Positions 59,770 through 64,000 of a DNA stretch of 64,000 nt are shown piece after piece (positions within the stretch are counted from its first letter, which is position 1; the number at the start of each line of letters is the position of its first letter). The stretch comes from Pristiophorus japonicus (lineage: Eukaryota). The notes beneath the pieces are model-generated. The model had not been told where the DNA came from. It made no database searches and saw only the letters and a program-made list of their open reading frames with translations. A program made the translations under genes and the position numbers. Where the stretch lies: contig NC_091984.1 of assembly GCF_044704955.1 (NCBI RefSeq), positions 53,382,001-53,446,000 of the forward strand, written 5' to 3'.

Positions 59770-60701
59770 CTGCCATATTAGTTTAAACCCTCCCCAACAG
59801 CACTAGCAAACACTCCCCCTTGGACATTGGTTCCAGTCCTGCCCAGGTGCAAACCGTCCGGTTTGTACTGGTCCCACCTTCCCCCAGAACTGGTTCCAAT
59901 GTCCCAGGAATTTGAATCCCTCCCTCTTTCACCATTCCTCAAGCCACGTATTCATCTTAACTATCCTGCTATTTCTACTCTGACTAACACGTGGAACTGG
60001 TAGCAATCCTGTGATTACTACCTTTGAGGTCCTACTTTTTAATTTAACTCCTAGTTCCCTAAATTCAGCTTGTAGGACCTCATCCCGTTTTTTACCTATA
60101 TCGTTGGCACCTATATGAAGCACGACAACTGGCTGTTCACCCTCCCCCTCCAGAATGTCCTGCAGCCATCCGAGACATCCTTGACCCTTGCACTAGGGAG
60201 GCAACATACCATCCAGGAGTCTAGATTGCGGCCGCAGAAACACCTATCTATTCCCCTTACAATAGAATCCCCTACCACTATAGCTCTCCCACTCTTTTTC
60301 CTACCCTCCTGTGCAGCAGAGCCACCCCTGATGCCATGAACTTGGCTGCTGCTGCCTTCCTCTGATGGGCCATCTCCCCCAACAGTACCCTAAACGGTAT
60401 ATCTGTTTTGGAGGGAAGTGACCGCAGGGGACACTGCACTACCTTCCTTTCACTGCTCTTCCTCATGGTCACCCATTCCCTCTCTGCCTGTGTAACCTTT
60501 ACCTGCAGTGTGCCCAACTCATTAAACGTGCTATTCACGACATCCTCAGTATCGCAGATGCTCGAGTGAATCCATGCGCAGCTCCAGTGCCGCAATGCGG
60601 TCTGTCAGGAGCTGCAGCTGAACACACTTCCTGCACACATAGTCCCTGACTTCCCACATAGCACAGGAGGAGCATGACATGCATCTGGGCTCTCCTGCCA
60701 T
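59770..60701 (-). pseudogene. CR1 ORF1 (zinc finger, coiled coil, SGNH esterase-like), disrupted
   Basis: MAGEP..CSSCAMWE..VCRKC; HIGAND (GxND block); DGLHL (DxxH block). Confidence 0.82.
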
Positions 60702-60881
60702 GACTTAACTCTTAAATTAACTTAATTTGGCAACAATGCCAAAGGTTACCTACTGATAAGAAAAAAAAAGATAAAATGCTCACCAATCCACCAGCCAATC
60801 ACTTACCCGCTTGGCTGTGGCATCACACTTCGATTTCTTTTTACTTCTTTGTTTACTTTCTGCCCCTGCTGCAGCTGGCTC

Positions 60882-61024
60882 CTCCGACTGTTGCTGCTCC
60901 AAGCTGCTGCTGCCCTTTATCCTCCCGTGCTGCTCCGCTCTCGCGATGCTGGTTTCTCCGACTGTTGCTGCTCCAAGCTGCCGCTGCCCTTTATCCTCCC
61001 GCGCCGCTCCGCTCTCGCGATGCT
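60882..61024. repeat. 74-bp tandem duplication at the CR1 5' end
   Basis: CTCCGACTGTTGCTGCTCCAAGCTG..CCCTTTATCCTCCCG..CTCGCGATGCT at 60882 and 60956. Confidence 0.95.
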
Positions 61025-61284
61025 TGTACACAGTGCATAGTGGTGCTAAAGTTGCAGAGGAAAAAGTGCTCAATTTTATGTGACCCAAATAACTTCGTAG
61101 GAATGATTGGGGTATTGTTTATCATGCCTTGGCTCATTTACTCTGGCAGGCTAGAAATAAGAAGAGCCTTCATGCCAATTCTGAGTAGTTTGCATGTTCT
61201 TCAAGAGTACATAATTCTCCTGTGGAGAGGGCAATGGGTGCCTATTTCAACTCCAGATTTTCCATGCTTGCCTCACCCACTGCT

Positions 61285-61626
61285 AGTCTGCTGTAACCAT
61301 TTGCACCACGTCTGGACCCATCTTTTTTATTTACTTGTCCCATTACCACTCCCTTTTGCCTTGCACCAACATTGCTTTGTCATTTCATCCCATCACATAC
61401 TTAACCCTATCACATACTTTGCTCTTTGTTCGTTCCTTTTCCCTTTTCACTGGTTCTGTACTTGCTTAAAAACTGTTAATCTCCAACATCTTCCAGTTCT
61501 GATGAAACGGCATCGATCCGAAACATTACCTCTGTTTCCCTCTCCATTGATGCTGCCTGACCTAAGTGTTTCCAGCATTTTCTGTTCTTATTTCAGATTT
61601 CCAGCATCCGCAGTATTTTGCTTTTG
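61285..61626 (+). mobile_element. Penelope-like terminal repeat relic with hammerhead core
   Basis: Pyrimidine-rich tract, then CAGTT-CTGATGA-AACGGCATCGATCC-GAAAC-ATT-ACCT, then the ..TTTCCAGCATCCGCAGTATTTTGCTTT end. Confidence 0.7.
61495..61532 (+). ncRNA. Degenerate minimal type I hammerhead ribozyme
   Basis: CUGAUGA (61499-505) and GAAA (61520-23) boxes at canonical spacing. Stems II/III are mutated, so this copy is probably inactive. Confidence 0.55.
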
Positions 61627-62483
61627 TATTCATAATTCTTCATTCCTTTTGACCCTCCCAGGCTTACAGCTTTGCAATGGGAAGTTATCCAAAGTCCGGA
61701 CTGCCATTCATGATCGATGGATTGAATTTGCAACACATTGGCAGACTACATAGTGGGCTTGGTGAGTACATTAGAGTTACCATGCATCTGAAATCAACCA
61801 TGGAGCTATGTGGAAAGAATAGCTCATGTGTGTTAGTTTATATTATTTGCATTTCACATTTATAGCCTGGATATATACAAAGTTGATGCCGATCAAAATA
61901 ATTTACAACAGACTTAGCTAAATAGTCCAACAACAATACTGTTCAATAATTAGCAATTCCCTTTTGTTTACATTTTGCCTGAGATAGTTTTGTGAAATAA
62001 AGTTGTTACTCCTAAAATGTTGCAATGGTGATATTTAAAAGCTGATTATTGCAGCAATGCCTCGTACAAGCAAAATGTAATATGACTTGCATACTTGAGT
62101 AAAAGATCGATCGAGCATCTCCCACATGATCTTAGTATGTTTGCTTTTCCTGCCAGACAGCAGATAAGACATAATGGGGGTGAAATTCAACTTTGGTGGT
62201 TAGGTGGACGGGGAGATCGGCTGCCTGTAATATACCCTGCCTGATTTTCCTTTCTGTTTCACTTACGGTGAAGAAGACTTGTAGAATCTATTCACAACTT
62301 TTTCATAAAGTAGAAATGACAAGCCATGAATACATTATTTTTAATTATCACATTTGCATTGAACTTTTAATTTCACACTACATTTTTGTATTGTTTTAAA
62401 TGTTTAAAATGTGTTTTGCATTGCTTTCTCTCCTCAGTTTTTTTGTAATATAACTAAACACAGCTGGATCTCAGATTTATAAA

Positions 62484-62760
62484 TGTCAGCTTGATTCAGT
62501 TGGCCTCTTTTGCCTCTTGAATCAGAGAAGATCGTCAGTTCAAGGCCCACTCCAGGACCTTAACACATGATCTAGACTGGCACTTCAGTACAGTATTGAA
62601 GAAGGACTGGTGCATTGTTAGTGGATGAGGCCTTGGACCAAGATCCTGTCTGCATGCAGATAGATGTTAAGGACCCTATGGCTGTGTGGCAAGAGGAAGG
62701 AATTTCCAGGTATATCCTCAACTAAGCTCAAAAAAATAGATTGACTGGTCATTAATCTCA
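62484..62760 (+). mobile_element. Old DeuSINE (SacSINE1-like) fragment
   Basis: TGTCAGCTTGATTCAGTTGG..GTTCAAGGCCCACTCCAG..CACTTCAGTACAGTATTGA. Confidence 0.7.
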
Positions 62761-62989
62761 AAGGAAGATAGGAATTGCGAAACAAAAAAAGAGCATAGTC
62801 CTTCTGGTTTTCTGCATACCATTCTGGCAGTCATGTGATATAAAAATATAGAGTTGTTGACTCATCATGGCAATAAATCACTATCAATTCGTCTACAACA
62901 GACCCAGACACGAGGCAAGAAAAATCCACCAGTGCTTGAAAGAGTTGGGATGTGTTCCTCTGAAGCATACTACAATTACCATATGTCAT

Positions 62990-64000
62990 GTCTCAAAATA
63001 TTCTCACATTTACCCCTTTAAGCCCTGGTATCATTCTGGTGAATCTGCACTGTACCCCCTGCCCCCCCCCCCCCCCCACCCTGCACCTTGCCCCATCAAG
63101 GCCAATATATCTTTTCTGAGATGCAACTGGGGCCCAAAACGGAACGGAATACTCCAAACATGGTCTGACCAAGGCTTTGCACAACTGAAGCATCACATTC
63201 TCCTCTTGATATTTCAGCCCCCTTGAGATAGAGGCCAAAGTTCAATTAGCCTTTTTGATTACATTTTGTACTTGTACATCAACTTTTAGTGATTAGTATA
63301 CATGGACACCCACATTCCTTTGCTTCTTTACAGTTCCTCATCTCCCACCATTAAGAAAATACTACAATTTGTCTTCCTTGTATCCAAAGTGAATGATCTC
63401 ATACTTGCCTACTTGGAACTCCATCTGCCACAGTTTTTCCCCACTCACTTAAGCTGTCTATAATCCTTTGTAACATCCCGTTCCCATCTACACCACTGAT
63501 TATGCCCCCTAACTTGGATATGCAACTCTCTATTCCTTCATTCAAGTCATTGTTATAAGTGATTAAAAAGCGGAGGCCCCAGTACAGATCCCTGGAGAAC
63601 ACCACTTGTACATTCCACAATCAGATTACATTCCCTTTATCCCAATTTTCTGTCCCCTACCTCCCAACCAATTGCCAACCTCCAATTCCGTGCGCTTTTA
63701 TTTCTGCTAATAATCTCTTGTGCGGAAGCATATCAAATTGCACCGTGGAAGCCTGATTTAAGTATGTTAATGAAGTGTCCCACCTCTCAAGAGTCGGATA
63801 CTTGTATGACACGAAACCTAGCATAGTTAAAAATGGCAACAGGCAGGTTGAGGACATGTTCACTGTTTTTAGATTTTTAACCCCTCTCACACTCGATAGT
63901 AACAATCAAGGCCAAAGTAATAATTTAATAGTCAGACATTTCCTTATTATCTATTTATAGTATCATCTGCACTTACCTTTAATGGGCCCACATTCTCTCT
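62990..64000 (-). mobile_element. Old CR1 ORF2 fragment running off the window end
   Basis: LCKALVRPCLEYSVPFWAP, FDMLPHKRLLAEIKAHGIGG, ENVGPLK. Confidence 0.85.

Larger units (their letters stand above)
56773..61024 (-). mobile_element. Near full-length CR1 LINE (5'UTR, ORF1, ORF2, tail), disrupted
   Basis: Tail CATAGAAACATAGAAAATAGG; RT motifs; EN in ORF 58366-59730; ORF1 from ATG ~60701; 5'UTR tandem repeat. Confidence 0.95.

Noticed and set aside
60776-61753. 325-aa plus-strand ORF
   Set aside because: Spans antisense CR1 5'UTR repeats, unique DNA and a Penelope relic; low-complexity chance frame.
63965-64000. Minus-strand exon end RENVGPLK|GTAAGT
   Set aside because: NVGPL is the CR1 ORF2 motif and lies within decayed CR1 sequence.

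Overview
Vertebrate, almost certainly cartilaginous-fish (shark-type) intronic or intergenic DNA, inferred from SacSINE1-like DeuSINEs and shark-style CR1, CR1-Zenon, RTE, L2, Harbinger and Gypsy families. Roughly 70% of the window is transposon-derived, by summing my approximate coordinates. I cannot confidently identify any host-gene exon, tRNA, rRNA or CRISPR array. The central 20.2-36.0 kb is a nested stack. A decayed two-gene Harbinger (HARBI1-like transposase plus convergent Myb/SANT gene) carries a long solo LTR and an RTE LINE, and the RTE carries a complete Ty3/Gypsy element. This is followed directly by a second LTR element. Best novelty candidates: (1) an LTR element with intact LTRs, PBS, PPT and TSD that encodes Gag and protease, but whose RT-RNaseH-integrase region is replaced by about 1.55 kb of nearly open, unrecognisable reading frame; (2) a 1.3-1.5 kb solo-LTR family with 4-bp TSDs, E2F-like sites and a splice donor upstream of its poly(A) signal; (3) Penelope-type repeats carrying a minimal hammerhead ribozyme core; (4) several long fold-back structures, including a ~175-bp inverted duplication of apparently non-TE DNA and a ~480-bp tail-to-tail CR1 hairpin. 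Family names come from recognising motifs by eye, not from database searches. Boundaries are approximate unless a TSD or TIR is quoted.
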